64,000 nucleotides of DNA from Mobula hypostoma (GCF_963921235.1 NC_086097.1:93744001-93808000), one strand, 5' to 3'; positions 1-12,910 are shown, counted from the stretch's first letter. Translations and numbers: made by a program. The notes: generated by a model from the sequence alone, not told the origin.

Positions 1-1544
1 ATTGAAAGAGCTCCATTTGGAGCACAAGGTGCATTTATGGGCATTGCATCCAGGGAAGGTAACATTGGCTTTGAAGAGGAAGAAGTACAGGGTTAATTTG
101 GAGCAAGTAGGATTAAGTTATGAGAGCCAAGTGTATTGGTGGTCTAATTAAGGTGACATCAGTAAGGTCAGCAAGAGAGAGTTGAGGTTTGCCGTGGATA
201 AGGTGCCTGGAGGGCCTGGTTCAGTGCCATATTACTCGATGACTGTTCGGGGTAATATAACCAAGATGTGGAATGGATTTGGTACGAGGAGAAAAAGGGA
301 AACCATTTCCCTTGAAAGGAGATTAAGTCACACATTCATAAGAAATAGGAATATATGAAGCTACACTTACATGTAAAATATCCAAAATTATACACAACAT
401 GAGTCAGCGAAGTTTTGAGGAATCCGAGAAGATTAATTTCATGTAAGCCTTCACTGAATCACCAAGGCTGGTGAAGCACTGTAGTGGTAATCAGGAATAA
501 ACTTTTACGCAATATCCACACAGAATACCGCTCAGATAGCATTCTCCTTTATGAATTAAACCAAAACCTACAGATGATAACCTACATGGTGCAAACAAAG
601 GAAAGACAACATTACTCAATTTTATGTAAATGTGTTTCAACCTGACTGACATCATCAGGGCAAAGGTCGCTGTATAGCATAGGCAATAAACATATCTTCA
701 CTTGCACTGTCCACGTCCCAAAAACAAATGTGGGGTCTTCTCAAGGAAGAATATGCTGAGGGCCCTGTCGCTGATGCAGTATTCATTCCCAGACTGCAGA
801 GAAGGTAAAGCCCTTTATAACCTTTAAAAAGGGGCGACGTCGTAGAATATTGTTCGCGTAGTGCTGTGACAGTGCCAGGAATCCTAGATTCACTTCTGCC
901 GCTGCCCGTAAAGAGTTTATCCATTATCCCTGTGCAGTGTGGGTTTCCTGCAGTTTCCTGCCATATTCCAACGAACGACATACGGGTTAGTACATTAATT
1001 GGTCATATGAGTGTACTTGGGCAGTGTAGGCTCGTTGAGCTGGAAGGCCCTGTTACTATATGTTATCTCTAAATAAAATACATAAGTAAAATCACAGAAA
1101 CTCTGCCACCGTTGTTTAATCAGACCAATGGAAGGGGCTTTTAAGCAACTGGAAGCCAGTGCCAGGCTCCTTGACTTGTTCCTATGTTGGCTGCAAGCCA
1201 GAGCTAATACAGTGAAACGTGGTTAATGGGTATAGATGCAGCTCTCAAGTTTTTTGTTCTATCCTGCTGAATCACCTCTTCACTCCGTGCTTTCCAGCAT
1301 TCATTCACAATCTACTCCATTACTGCTGAGTGTGACAGATTACAGTGAATACAGCAGTTCTTAGGGTGAAAAGACTTGCTGTAGACCCTCCTAACAAGAA
1401 AAAAAACGTTGACCTTGCAGATAACGTAAGTCTGTCCTAAGCAAAATAGATTAAAGTATTTTCCTTCCTTTTCGTCCCATCTCCTTGATTGCACCTCCAA
1501 GTGTGTGTGGAGGTCTCTTCAGCATTTAGAAGAGTCTTATTGAG

Positions 1545-3250
1545 CCCAGAAGGCCTTTAACAAGTTGTCACACATGAGGCTGCTTAACACACTGCGAGCC
1601 AATGGTATTACAGGAAAGATTCTAACATGGATTAAGCAGTGGCTGATTGGCAGAAGGCAAGAGTAGAAATAAAGGGAGCCTTTTCTGGTTGGCTGCCAGT
1701 GAGTAGTGGTGTTTCACAGGGCTCAGTGTTGGGACCAATTCTTTTTAGGTTATATGTCAATGATTTGGATGATGGAATTGATGGCTTTGTTGTAAAGTTT
1801 GCAGACGATACAAAAATAGGTGGTGGGGCAGGTAGTTTTGAGAAAGTAGAAAAACTGCAGAAGGACTTCGACAGATGAAGGAATGGGCAGAGAAATGGTA
1901 GATGGAATACTGTGTCAGGAAGTGTATGGTCATGCACTTTGGTAGAAGAACTGAAAGGGTTAACTATTTTCTACATGGAGAGAAAATGCAAAAACCTGAG
2001 GCGCAAGGGGATTTGGGAGTACTTGTGCAGGATTCCCTAAAGATTTATTTGCAGGTTGAGTCCGCAGTGAGAAAGGCAAATGCGATGTTAGCACTCATTC
2101 CAAGAGGACTAGAATATAAAAGCAAGGATGTAATGTGAGACTTGATAAAGCACTTGTGAGGCCACACTTGGAGTATTGTGAGCAGTTTTGGTGCCCTTTT
2201 AGAACCATAGAACATGGTTCAAAGTTTGCAGAGCGATTTAGACCAGCTGGGAAAATGGGCTGAAAAATGGCAGATGGAGTTTAATATAGACAAGTGTGAG
2301 GTATTGCACTTTGGAAGGACAAACCAACGTAGAACATACAAGGTATATGGTAGGGCACTGAGGAGTGCAGTAGAACAGAGGGATCAGGGAATACAGATAC
2401 AAAATTCCCTAAAAGTGGCGTCACAGGTAGATAGGGTCATAAAGAGAGCTTTTGGTACATTGGCCTTTATAAATTGAGTATAAGAGTTGGAATGTTATGG
2501 TGAGTGGCCGAATTTGGAGAATTATGTGCAGTTTTGGTCATCAAATTACAAGAGGGATATTAATAAGGTTGAAAGAGTGCAGAGAAGGTTTACAAGGATG
2601 TTGCCGGGACTTGAGAAACTGAGTTACAGAGAAAGGTTGAATAGGTTAGGACTTTATTCCCTGGAGCGTAGAAGAATGAGGGGAGATTTGATAGAGGTAT
2701 ATAAAATTATGATGGGTATAGATAGAGTGAATGCAAATAGGCTTTTTCCACTAAGGCTAGGGGAGAAAAAACCAGAGCACATGGGTTAAGGATGAGGGGG
2801 GAAAAGTTTAAAGGGAACATTGGGTGGGGGGGGGCTTCTTCACACAGGGAGTGGTGGGAGTGTGGAATGAGCTGGCAGATGAAGTGGTAAATGGGGGCTC
2901 ACTTTTAACATTTAAGAAAAACTTGGACAGGTACATGGATGAGAGGTGTATGGAGGGATATGGTCCAGGTGCAGGTCAGTGGGACTAGGCAGAAAAATGG
3001 GTCAGCACAGCCAAGAAGGGCCAAAAGGCCTGTTTCTGTGTTGTAATGTTCTATGGTTCTAAGTCTTTATGTATATTTAAGGCAGAGGTTGTTAGATTCT
3101 TGATAGGTCAGGGCATGAAGGGATACGGGGAGAAGGTAGGAGATCGGTGCTGAGAGGAAAAATGGATCAGCCATGATGAAATAGTGGAGCTGACTTGATG
3201 GGCCAAATAGCCTAATTCTGCTCCTATGTCTTGTGGTTTATGGTCTAAAT
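1545..3250 (+). mobile_element. CR1 LINE 3' fragment (host copy), interrupted by a second CR1
   Basis: RT motifs GVSQGSVLGPILF, YVNDLD and KFADDTK with frameshifts. The CR1-type 3' UTR resumes at about 3063. Confidence 0.9.
2199..3062 (+). mobile_element. Nested 5'-truncated CR1 LINE
   Basis: WAEKWQMEFNIDKCEVLHFG and LYSLERRRMRGDLIEVYK; ends in an atgttctatggttctaa tail. Confidence 0.9.
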
Positions 3251-4009
3251 CACCAGCACTTCCTTCTCATCAGCAATCGTCCCAGTGGACCTTGGTTTTG
3301 CAGTCTCTGGCACCAGTTGCAAGAGATAAACATAGTCAGAGAGAGCCACCAGTGCTGGAAAGCAGGAAGCCTTATAACTGAACCAAAACGGATCAAGAGT
3401 GGGAAATCAAAAAAAGTTGCACCTTTCTTACGTGGCACTGTAGTCAATTTTAAGACTGCAGTCTCTACCCTAGCTCGGGAATGGATCGTTATGAAGCCTT
3501 AGTTAGGCTATGGGGACACTTGGCTGACTGCCCAACCACACATCTATCAGTGTTGGTCTAGGCTAGCGGTGTTTTGAAGTGAGAAGGAAGTTTCCACTAA
3601 GCTACATAAAGTTGTGTAGTATTTTGAAGCAGCTTCATTCTGCAAGGAGGTTCATAGTTGACAGAAACCTGAACTGGCCATTATCTTCCTGAAGGTGTTC
3701 AGACCATGCTAGCTCCCAGCGGAGCAACCCCATCAGATCCTTTTCTTACCCCCCTCATTTCCCTAAATCACTGCAACTTATTCTCTCACCTGCTTTCCTT
3801 TGACTCCTCTTGGCCACCTCACAATGCATCGAGGCGAAGAATTAACCTTGCAGTGTGTCTTTGGGATGTAAGAGCAAAGCCAAAACACTCAGGGGAAACT
3901 GACGCGGTCACAAGGAGAACGTGAAAACTCCACACAGACAGCACTGGAGGTCAAGACTGAACCCAGGTCACGAGGTTGTGAGGTAACAGTGTTAATTGCT
4001 GTGCCCACC

Positions 4010-4464
4010 ATCGGCAGATAGGGTATAGATCTAAGTCAATTAGTGGAAGAATCTATAATGAGTTCCTCTGGCTTGTGCAGGAGGCTGGACAACATTGGGC
4101 TCGGAGGATTTTAGAGCACCGGAATTGATGAGTTGGTTTAATGACAGTCGTTAATTGTTTTGAGTACCGTGTGTTTTTTTCTCGAGCGACTTGCTCTTGG
4201 TAATCTGGTCTCCTGGTGCCTTCTGCTTAAACTTGTTAAGTTTAATTTGATAAGCTCAGGGATTCCGTGTTACTCGTATTTTTAAGTGAATGCCCGATTA
4301 TCGCTAATCGCGGGGTCCTAGCTTTGAGAATGTTGCTTCTCGTGGTGTAGCTCAGCTGAGTCACTGATGTTCTGTTGGAATTTTTATGAATAAACTCTGA
4401 ACACCATTAGAGTCAGTCTTTCCTTCACAGTCGGGTTCCGACATTGCCAGCACGCATTGCAACA
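4010..4464 (+). mobile_element. Possible solo LTR remnant
   Basis: CpG-containing segment with AATAAA near 4388 and a ...gcaaca end; the 5' end and TSD were not resolved. Confidence 0.3.
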
Positions 4465-5782
4465 CATGTACAAGACTGCGGAACAAAGACTGGGCATTGG
4501 GATTAGAGTTTGCTTTTCTCTGGCATGGACACAAAGGACTATTGTGTCCTAAGTCTCCATATTTTCTATCATTTGATCTGGTCCAAGTTAAAACATCAAT
4601 AGTTCATCCAGGAAAGGCTAATTGTCTCATGCAGCATGGCCACGTGGACTGAAAGCTAGTTTTTAAACATCGATCAAGAAACCCAACCACTTATACTCAA
4701 CAATTACAAGTAACACTCAGACACACACTGGTCAGGGTGACCTGCTTAGATTTTAGAGCATAGAACAATACAGCACACGAACAGGCCCTTCAACCCACAA
4801 TGTTGTGCTGAACCAGCCAAAAAACAAATCAAAAGCACACAAACACTAATCCCTCCGACCTACCCCATGTCCTCCAGCTTCCTTACGTCCATGTGCCTAC
4901 CTAAACGTCACTTCAATGCATTTGCCTCTGCCACCATACCAGACAGTGTATTCCAGGCATTCACCACTGAGTGAAAAAACTTACTCCTCCAATCACCCTT
5001 CAACCTTCAGTGCATATCCTCCGGCATTAGACATTTCAACCCTGGGAAACAGATACTCCCAGTCTACTCCATCTATGCCTCTCATAAACTTATAAATCAC
5101 AATCAGATCTCCCCTCAGCCTTCGATGCTCCAGAGAAGACAGCCCAAGTTTATCCAGCCTCCAGTGATATCACATGCCCTCTCGACCAGGCAGTATCCTG
5201 GTAAAACTCTTCTGCACTCTCTCCAAAGCCTCAACATCCTTCCTACAGTGGGCGAGCGGAACAGTATGCAATAATCCAGATGTGGCCTAACCAGAATTTT
5301 ATAAGATTGCAACATAACCTCTTGACTTTTGAAAACAATTCCTCAACTAATGAAAGCAAACATTCCATAAGCCTTCTTAACCACCCTATCGACCTGTGTA
5401 GCTGCTTTTATGGAGTTATGAACTTTAATCCCAAGATCTCTCTGCTCAGCAACACTGTTAGAGACCTTGCCCTTAACAGTGTACTGTCTCCTGCATTTGC
5501 CCGACCAAGGTGCAACACGTCACATTATATCTGGGTTAAACTCCATCTGCCATTTCTCTGTCCATATTTGCAACTGATCTATATCAGGCTGTATTCTTTG
5601 CCAGATTTCTACACTCTCCACAACTGCATCAATCGTGGTATCATCCACAAACTTACTAACCCAACCATCTACATTTTCAAACGTAAACACGAGGAATTCT
5701 GCAGATGCTGGAAATTCAAGCAATACACATCAAAGTTTCTGGTGAATGCAGCAGGCCAGGCAGCATCTCTAGGAAGAGGTAC

Positions 5783-5818
5783 AGTCGACGTTTCGGGCTG
5801 AGACCCTTCGTCAGGACT
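5783..5818 (-). ncRNA. Minimal type-I hammerhead ribozyme motif in PLE pLTR
   Basis: Minus strand reads agtc-CTGACGA-agggtctcagccc-GAAA-CGTC-gact. Confidence 0.85.
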
Positions 5819-7560
5819 AACTGAAATAAGAGCTAGTAAGAGATTTGAAAGTTGGAGGGGGAGGGGGAGATCCAAAATGATAGGAGAAGACAGGAGGGGG
5901 AGGGATGGAGCCAAGAGCTGGACAGGTGATTGGCAAAAGGGATATGAGAGGATCATGGGACAGGAGGCCCAGGGAGAAAGAAAAGGGGGAGGGCGTGGAA
6001 AAAACCCAAAGGATGGGCAAGGGGTATAGTCAGAGGGACAGAGGGAGAAAAAAGAGAGAGAGAAAAAGAATGTGTGTATGTAAATAAATAATGGATGGGG
6101 TACAAGGGGGAGGTGGGGCATTAGTGGAAGTTAGAGAAGTCGATGTTCATGCCATCAGGTTGGAGGCTACCCAGATGGAATATAAGGTGTTGTTCCTCCA
6201 ACCTGAGTGTGGCTTCATCTTTACAGTAGAGGGGGCCGTGGATAGACATATCAGAATGGGAATGGGATGTGGAATTAAAATGTGTGGCCACTGGGAGATC
6301 CTGCTTTCTCTGGCTGACAGAGCGTAGGTGTTCAGCAAAACGATCTCCCAGTCTGCGTCGGATCTTGCCAATATATAGAAGGCCACATCGGGAGCACCAG
6401 ACGCAGTATATCACCCCAGCCGACTCACAGGTGAGGTGTTCCACTTACAAGGATAAGTGCCAGGAGGGAGATCGGTGGGAAGGGATGGTACAAGGATAAG
6501 TTCCAGGAGGGAGATCAGTGGGGTACAAGGATGTCCTCCTTTTTTAAAGAAAGGGCTTCCCTTCCTCCACCATCAACTCTGCTCTCAAACACATCTCCCC
6601 CATTTCATGCACATCTGCTCTCACTCCATCCTCCCGCCACCCCACTAGGAATAGGGTTCCCCTTGTCCTCACCTACCACCCCACCAGCCTCCAGGTCAAA
6701 CATATTATACTCCGTAACTTCCACCACCTCCAACGGGATCCCACCACTAAGCTCATCTTTCCCTCACCCCTCTCTCTGCTTTCCGCAGGGATCGCTCCCT
6801 ACGCGACTCCCTTACCCATTCGTCCCCCCCATCCCTCCCCACTGTTATCCCTCCTGGCACTTTTCCTTGTAAGCGGAACAAGTGCTCCACATGCCCTTAT
6901 ACTTCCTCCCTTACCACCATTCAGGGCCCCAGACAGTCCTTCCAGGTGAGGCGACACATCACCTGTGAGTCGGCTGGGGTGATACACTGTGTCCGGTGCT
7001 CCCGATGTGCCCTTCTATATATTGGCGAGACCCGACGCAGACTGGGAGATCGTTTTGCTGAACACCTACGCTCTGTCCGCCAGAGAAAGCAAGATCTCCC
7101 AGTGGCCACACATTTTAATTCCACATCCCATTCCCATTCTGACATGTCTATCCACAGCCTCCTCTACTGTCAAGATGAAGCCACACTCAGGTTGGAGGAA
7201 CAACACCTTATATTCCATCTCGGTAGCCTCCAACCTGATGGCATGAACATTGACTTCGCTAACTTCCACTAATGCCCCACCTCCCCCTCGTACCCCATCC
7301 GTTATTTATTTATGTACACATTCTTTCTCTCTCTCCTTTTTCTCCCTCTGTCCCTCTGACTATATCCCTTGCCCGTCCTCTGTTTCCCCCCCCACTTTCC
7401 TTCTCCTTGGGCCTCCTGTCCCATGATCCTCTAATATCCCTTTTGCCAATCACCTGTCCAGCTCTTGGCTCCATCCCTCCCCCTCCTGTCTTCTCCTATC
7501 ATTTTGGATCTCCCCCTCCCCCTCCCACTTTCAAATCTCTTACTAGCTCTTCCTTCAGTT

Positions 7561-7596
7561 AGTCCTGACGAAGGGTCTCGGCCCGAAACGTCGACT
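7561..7596 (+). ncRNA. Minimal type-I hammerhead ribozyme motif in PLE pLTR
   Basis: agtc-CTGACGA-agggtctcggccc-GAAA-CGTC-gact; stem I agtc/gact, stem II ggg/ccc. Confidence 0.87.
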
Positions 7597-7998
7597 GTAC
7601 CTCTTCCTAGAGATGCTGCCTGGCCTGCTGCGTTCACCAGCAACTTTGATGTGTGTTGCATCTACATTTTCATCCAGGTCATGTACGTACATCACAAACA
7701 GCAGAGGTCCCAGCACAGATGTCTGCAGAACATCACTAATTACAGATCTGCAGCTTGAATATATCCTTTCAACCATTACTCTGTCTTCCATGCGCAACTC
7801 AGTTCTGAATCCAAACAACCAACTTGCTACGGACACCATGCATCTTAATCTTCTGGATTAGCCTTCCATGAGGGACTTTGTTAAATGTCTTACCAAAGTC
7901 CATGTAGACAACATCCACTGCCTCATAAATCTCTCTCGTCACCTTGTCTAAAAGCTCAATCAATTTGGTAAGACACGACCTGCCCTGCACAAAGCCAT

Positions 7999-8107
7999 AA
8001 ACAAGAGAAAATCTGCAGATGCTGGAAATCCAAGCAACAGACACAAAATGCAAGAGGAATGTCGATTGTACTTTTTTCCCCAAAGATGCTGCCTGGCCTG
8101 CTGAGTT
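7999..8107. mobile_element. 109-bp PLE-tail mini-insertion with internal inversion
   Basis: 15-bp direct repeat cctgcacaaagccat at 7984-7998 and 8108-8122 inside the CR1. The content is pLTR tail sequence in both orientations. Confidence 0.8.
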
Positions 8108-10809
8108 CCTGCACAAAGCCATGCTGGCACTCCCTAATTAAGCCATGTGTTTCCAAATACTCATATCCTATCCCTATGAATTTTCTCCAGAATTTTTTTA
8201 CAACTGACATGAGACTCAGTGGTCTATAGTTCCCAGAATTTTCCCTTATTCGCTTCTTAAATTGAGGTACAACATTAGCCACTTGCCAGTCCTCCAGGAC
8301 CTCGACTATGGCTAGAGAGGACAAGAAGATACTGGTCAAGGGCCAGCAATCTTGTGTTTTGCCTCCTTCAGTAACCTGGGGTAAATCCCATCATTCCCTG
8401 GGGACTTATCCACCTTAATGTTCATTAGGAGGCCCAACACTTCTCTCTCCTTGACCTCTAAACACGCTAAAGTATTTATACACTCAACACTAATCTCCTG
8501 GTCCTCCATAACTTTTTCCTTGATAAATACTGAAGCAAAGTAGTCATTAAGTACCTGACAACCATTCTCTACATTCAAGCAAGTGTTCCCCTCTTTATCC
8601 TTATGTGGTCCTACCCTCTCCCTAATTATCCTCTTGGTATATATGTATAGAATACCATTGGGATTCACTTTAATCTTGCTTGTCAAGGACTTTTCATGGC
8701 CCCTCCTGAGTTTTATAATTCCCTTCTTTAGTTCTTTTCTGGCTTCTTTATTATCTTCATGTTCTCCATTTGATCCTGATTTCTGAAGCTTTACATATTT
8801 TTACTTTTTCTTCTTGACTAAATTCATCACCTCTCTGGACATCCAAAGGTTCTCTTATCTTTCCATCCCCATCCGTACTTCTAAGAGGAGTATACCTTTC
8901 CTGTACACCGTGCAAGTGATCTTTAAACTCCTTCCACATATCTGATGTGGTCTTACCAGAGAAAAAGTGTTCCTAATTAACTCTTCTTAGTTCCTGCCGA
9001 ATGCCCTCGTAATTTGCCCTACTCCAATTTAAAAATCCCCTGAAAGGACCATCCCTATCCTTTTCTATAGCTATCCTGAAAGTTAAAGAACTGTGCTTTA
9101 TAATTTCTTTTTAGTAATCATAACAATGCACATCAAACTTTCTGACATCAGAACCGCATTCCAGAGTTATTTCATTGGTTGTAGAGAATTTTATAAGGAT
9201 CTTCCCCTTAGTAATAATGATCAGAGAGGCACAGAGAGAATCTCTAATTACTGACAGGTAACTTTATTTTCTCAATGGAAGAGCATGTGAATACCTGTGT
9301 GCACACCTACTAAGTTTTCTTGACCCCCCCCCCCCCATGGACAGTCAAAGAATAGAAAGGGTAGTACCAGTAAAAATAGTCAATGCTGGCTATGCATTCC
9401 TCATGGACCCACTCTGATCTCCACATGTACGTGGGGTACTCCACATCCGCGATAGTGGGAATCTAGAGAGAGTTAACACTACTTTTGCAATCGAAGCATC
9501 TGCTTTTATATTCATTACTTACCAGTTCAAATGTTGCATTTCAGTGCTATTGGCTAAGGGTTATTTGACTGGCATTTAACACTGGTTCTGGTCCAAGCCA
9601 GCATCCACTTATTGCCCTTCTGCCGCAAGTGACATCTTGTAATTTATGGCTCGTTGTTCTAAATCAGTTACCAGACCAATAACCGGCTTGAATCATTCAG
9701 GGCAAACACAGACCCCACCATTTACAAAACAGCATGTTATACCTATCCAAAGAACACCTTACAAATAACTTCTTATTTGGAAATGATCTCTAGTCCAGCA
9801 GATTATCTGGACCATCATGGTGTCTTCTTTAAAACACTAATCTAGCCAAACAACTCCAGTTTACAAAGTGGAGGATGCAGAGCAAAATGGCAGCCTCCAT
9901 CTCCTTCAAATACATGGCAAGAACAAAGTCAATTGGTTTCTTTTTTCCCCACTGTCCTCAATTCATTCTATTTTGTTGATGTGTAGGCTGTAGTTCTTTC
10001 TGGCCAACAGAAGCCTTAGATTGTGAGAGGGAGCATAAAGTTCTGTACTCTTTCTAATGTTCACTTTAGAAGCAGCTGTTGGGCTTTGATGAGTAAGCTG
10101 CCTGAGCCACCCTTTGATCAGAGTGGGACGAGAAGTGTCCAGTGCTTGCTACAGCTCATTTGACCAAGACCTCAGCATGATGCTCCCTATCCAGGGGATT
10201 CATTGTGTTTTCAGGAGGGTGAGAAGACAAATCCATAATTATGGTGGGCTGACAGATAGATGATGAGGTTGGGGAGTGAGGGAAATGGTGTGGGAGGTGT
10301 TTGACAGGAGCACAACACCAAATCAGCAGCTGTGAAATGACTTGTTAGATCTCATTCTGATATGAAGCCGAAGAATTAAAAGCTGTTTCTGCTGTTATTT
10401 TTCACTTCACTTGCTTCTGTGCCGGTTGAGAAGACCTAAGCTGCTGGTGCCTCACGGTGCCAGAGACGCAGGTTTAATGCTAACACTGGGTGCTCTCTGG
10501 GTGGAGCTTATATGTTCTCCCTGTGACCACGGAGTTTCCTCCAGGGGCTCTTGTTTCTTCCCACATCCTGGAGATACGCAGGTCAGTAGGTTAATTAGCC
10601 TCTGTACGTTGCCCCCAGTGTGTGTGGTACCTGGGAGGAGCTGATGAGAACAGAAAGCGGGACTGGTGTGATGGGTGGGTGGTGGTCCGTACATCCTTTG
10701 GGCTTGTTTCCATGCCACTTGCCTCTGTGACTATGAAGTCCAAGACTAACGGTTTACCCAGGGGAGCAGCACCCTGACATGATGTCAATGGAGAGAGGGG
10801 CACAGCTTC

Positions 10810-11052
10810 ACATACAGCACAGAGTCACCTAGCAATCACCCAGTTCAACCCTAGCTTAATCACGGGACAACTTACAATGACCAATCAACCTACCAACTGT
10901 TACGTCTTTGGAACGTGGGAGGAAACCGGAGCACCCGGAGGAAACCCACGCGGTCACGGCGAGGACGTACAAACTCCTCACAGGAGCAGTGGGAATCGAA
11001 CCCGGGTTGCTGGTACTGTAAAGCGTTGTGCCAACCCCTGCACTACCGTGCC
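10810..11052 (-). mobile_element. tRNA-derived SINE (HE1-like)
   Basis: B-box GGTTCGATTCC on - strand and core tgggtttcctccgggtgctccggtttcctcccac; many relatives in the window. Confidence 0.8.
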
Positions 11053-11518
11053 TCTCCAATGATGCCAGTGGAGAGAAGGGCACAGCTTCCCATCCCACAG
11101 CACCCAGCCTTGTTGCCCTCTCTCTTGTTGGACGGGCTGCTCAATCCCCATACTAACTTACTGCTCTACGTGGAGATACCAGGGTCCCCACTGAGCAGGC
11201 AGAGGGAAAAAACAGCAGGTAAATAAAAAACACCCTTTATAACTGCAGGACATTCCAGAACATTCTACTGCTAATTAAGTACTTTTGGTTGGCGTTTATA
11301 ATGAAGGAAATAATTTTTAAGAACTTAATGAACGAGAGTACTGTGCAAAAATCTTGTGCACATATTTGTAGCTAGAGTGCATAAGACTTTTGCACAATGC
11401 TATATATTATGTCTTTCAGGTTACCAAATGCCACCTAATACTACTGAGCTAATACAAAGCTAACTATTGAAAAAGGATCTGGTGCTTTCCCAGCGTATAT
11501 GACGTGTCAATTTTAAAT

Positions 11519-11556
11519 GACGTTTCGATGACAAACTCTGCCATCTTCATCAGGGA
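11519..11556 (-). ncRNA. Hammerhead ribozyme motif, PLE family 2
   Basis: Minus strand reads CTGATGA-a-gatggcag(agt)ttgtcatc-GAAA-CGTC; 8-bp stem II, stem I poorly paired in this copy. Confidence 0.7.
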
Positions 11557-11769
11557 TGATGCCTGGGCATGTCTCATCCGGTGGTATTTATACCCCCGTT
11601 ATCCATCCCTCCTGATTGGTTAGTCCTCATCCAATCAATTTTCTGCTGTCCCACCTTGTTTACAATCCACTTCCAGTTCTTGCTTAGAGCGAGACCTTCT
11701 TCTTTGTTAAAATTTTTTTTTTCTAGTTTTACTTCAATGATTTCTTTCACCAGGTGGTCCCAAAAGGGC

Positions 11770-12078
11770 CAGTGGTCCCCAACCTCCGGGCCGCGGACCG
11801 ATACATTGCCATGAAGAATGCAGTGGTGCAGCGGTAGTCGGAATGCACCCAGCACATCTTTAAGAAAAAAGCTGAAATAATCGAGCTAATTAATTAGGTG
11901 CCAATTGCGTCGCCTCTGACCTGGGCCAACATTTATGTGCTGGGCGGCACCTAATTAATTAGTTTGGTTATTTCGGCTTTTTTCTTAAAGATGTGCTGGG
12001 TGCATTCTGACTACCACTGCACCGCTGCATTCTTCGCGGCACTGTATCGGTCCGCGGCCCAGAGGTTGGGGACCACTG
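11770..12078. mobile_element. hAT/Charlie-like palindromic MITE
   Basis: TIR cagtggtccccaacct, about 120-bp inverted arms, imperfect ccaaaagc TSD. The homologous PLE at about 56480 shows the empty site. Confidence 0.85.
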
Positions 12079-12594
12079 CCAAAAGCCACTGGCGTGGCAT
12101 ATTAGTTTTGTACCATCGAAGTCAATCCTATGGCCATTGCAAATGCGATGTTCTGCTACCACCTATCTCTCTGGGTAACCCAAACAGATACACCTCTTGT
12201 GCTCCTTAATGCGGGTTTCCACCATACCACCGATTGGCCGACACATGCTGTTCCATATTCTTAGGGAATCCTGTAAACAGCAGCCGACCTGAATTCCAGG
12301 TCATCTTTGACCTGCATAAACTGTGATTTGAGCTTCCTTATGGGTTTTTGGATGGTATTAATAAGGTATTTCTCAGGATCCTGGCCATCCTTCCAGAACT
12401 CGTGGAAATATAGGGAAGACCGGCAGTAGTGACGGGTTAAAAGGGCCGACGGAAGAACCAGGAGACCTAACAATGTGGAGGAACCCATCGTTACCATATG
12501 TCTTCCCATGGTTTCTGGCCACTTGGAAGTACTGCCCTTTATGGTGGACGGAACGAAGGTGTCCATGAAACGGTCATCCAGTCTACATACCAGG

Positions 12595-12910
12595 AGCACT
12601 GGATATAGTAGATGACCCCAAGAGACTCCCAGCTGAAGTGTTGCCTCACCTGGAAGGATTGCTTAGGATCCCGAATGGTGATGGGGGAAGATGAGTAGGG
12701 GCAGGTGCAGCATTTGTCTCGCTTGGAGGGATAAGTGCCAGGTGGGAGATCAGTGTATCAGTGTGAAGGGACGAGTGGACAAGGGAGCCACCCCTTCGGA
12801 AAGTGGAGAGTGGGTGGTGGGGGTGAGGATGGGGGAAAGGAGTCATTTTTGACCGATCCCTGTGGAAAGTGGAGAGTGGGTGGTGGGAGTGAGGATGGAA
12901 GTAAGGATGT
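12595..12910 (-). mobile_element. Decayed PLE family 1 fragment
   Basis: Similar to 14000-14220 (cctcacctggaagga, ggataagtgccagg). Confidence 0.7.

Larger units (their letters stand above)
5680..7658. mobile_element. Penelope-like element (family 1), inverted head-to-head pair, single insertion
   Basis: GIY-YIG ORFs on - (6121-6444) and + (6946-7272) with outward-facing pLTRs. 14-bp TSD catctacattttca at 5666-5679 and 7659-7672. Confidence 0.92.
4755..9095 (-). mobile_element. CR1 LINE (ORF2 RT region), interrupted by two PLE insertions
   Basis: Minus-strand fragments KSPGNDGIYPRLLKE, NYRPLSLMSVV, VYMDFGKTFNKVPH, SVLGPLLF, SKFVDDT and VRPHLDYC. Confidence 0.92.
11482..12595 (-). mobile_element. 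Penelope-like element family 2 (Poseidon/Penelope-type), decayed, interrupted by a MITE
   Basis: AVYRIP...VAEHRICNGHRIDFDGTK...VKEIIEVK...NFNKEEG GIY-YIG C-terminus; pLTR with hammerhead. Confidence 0.85.

Noticed and set aside
6121-7272. GIY-YIG ORFs as domesticated host nucleases
   Set aside because: They are multicopy, TSD-flanked, 5'-truncated PLE fragments with upstream frameshifts
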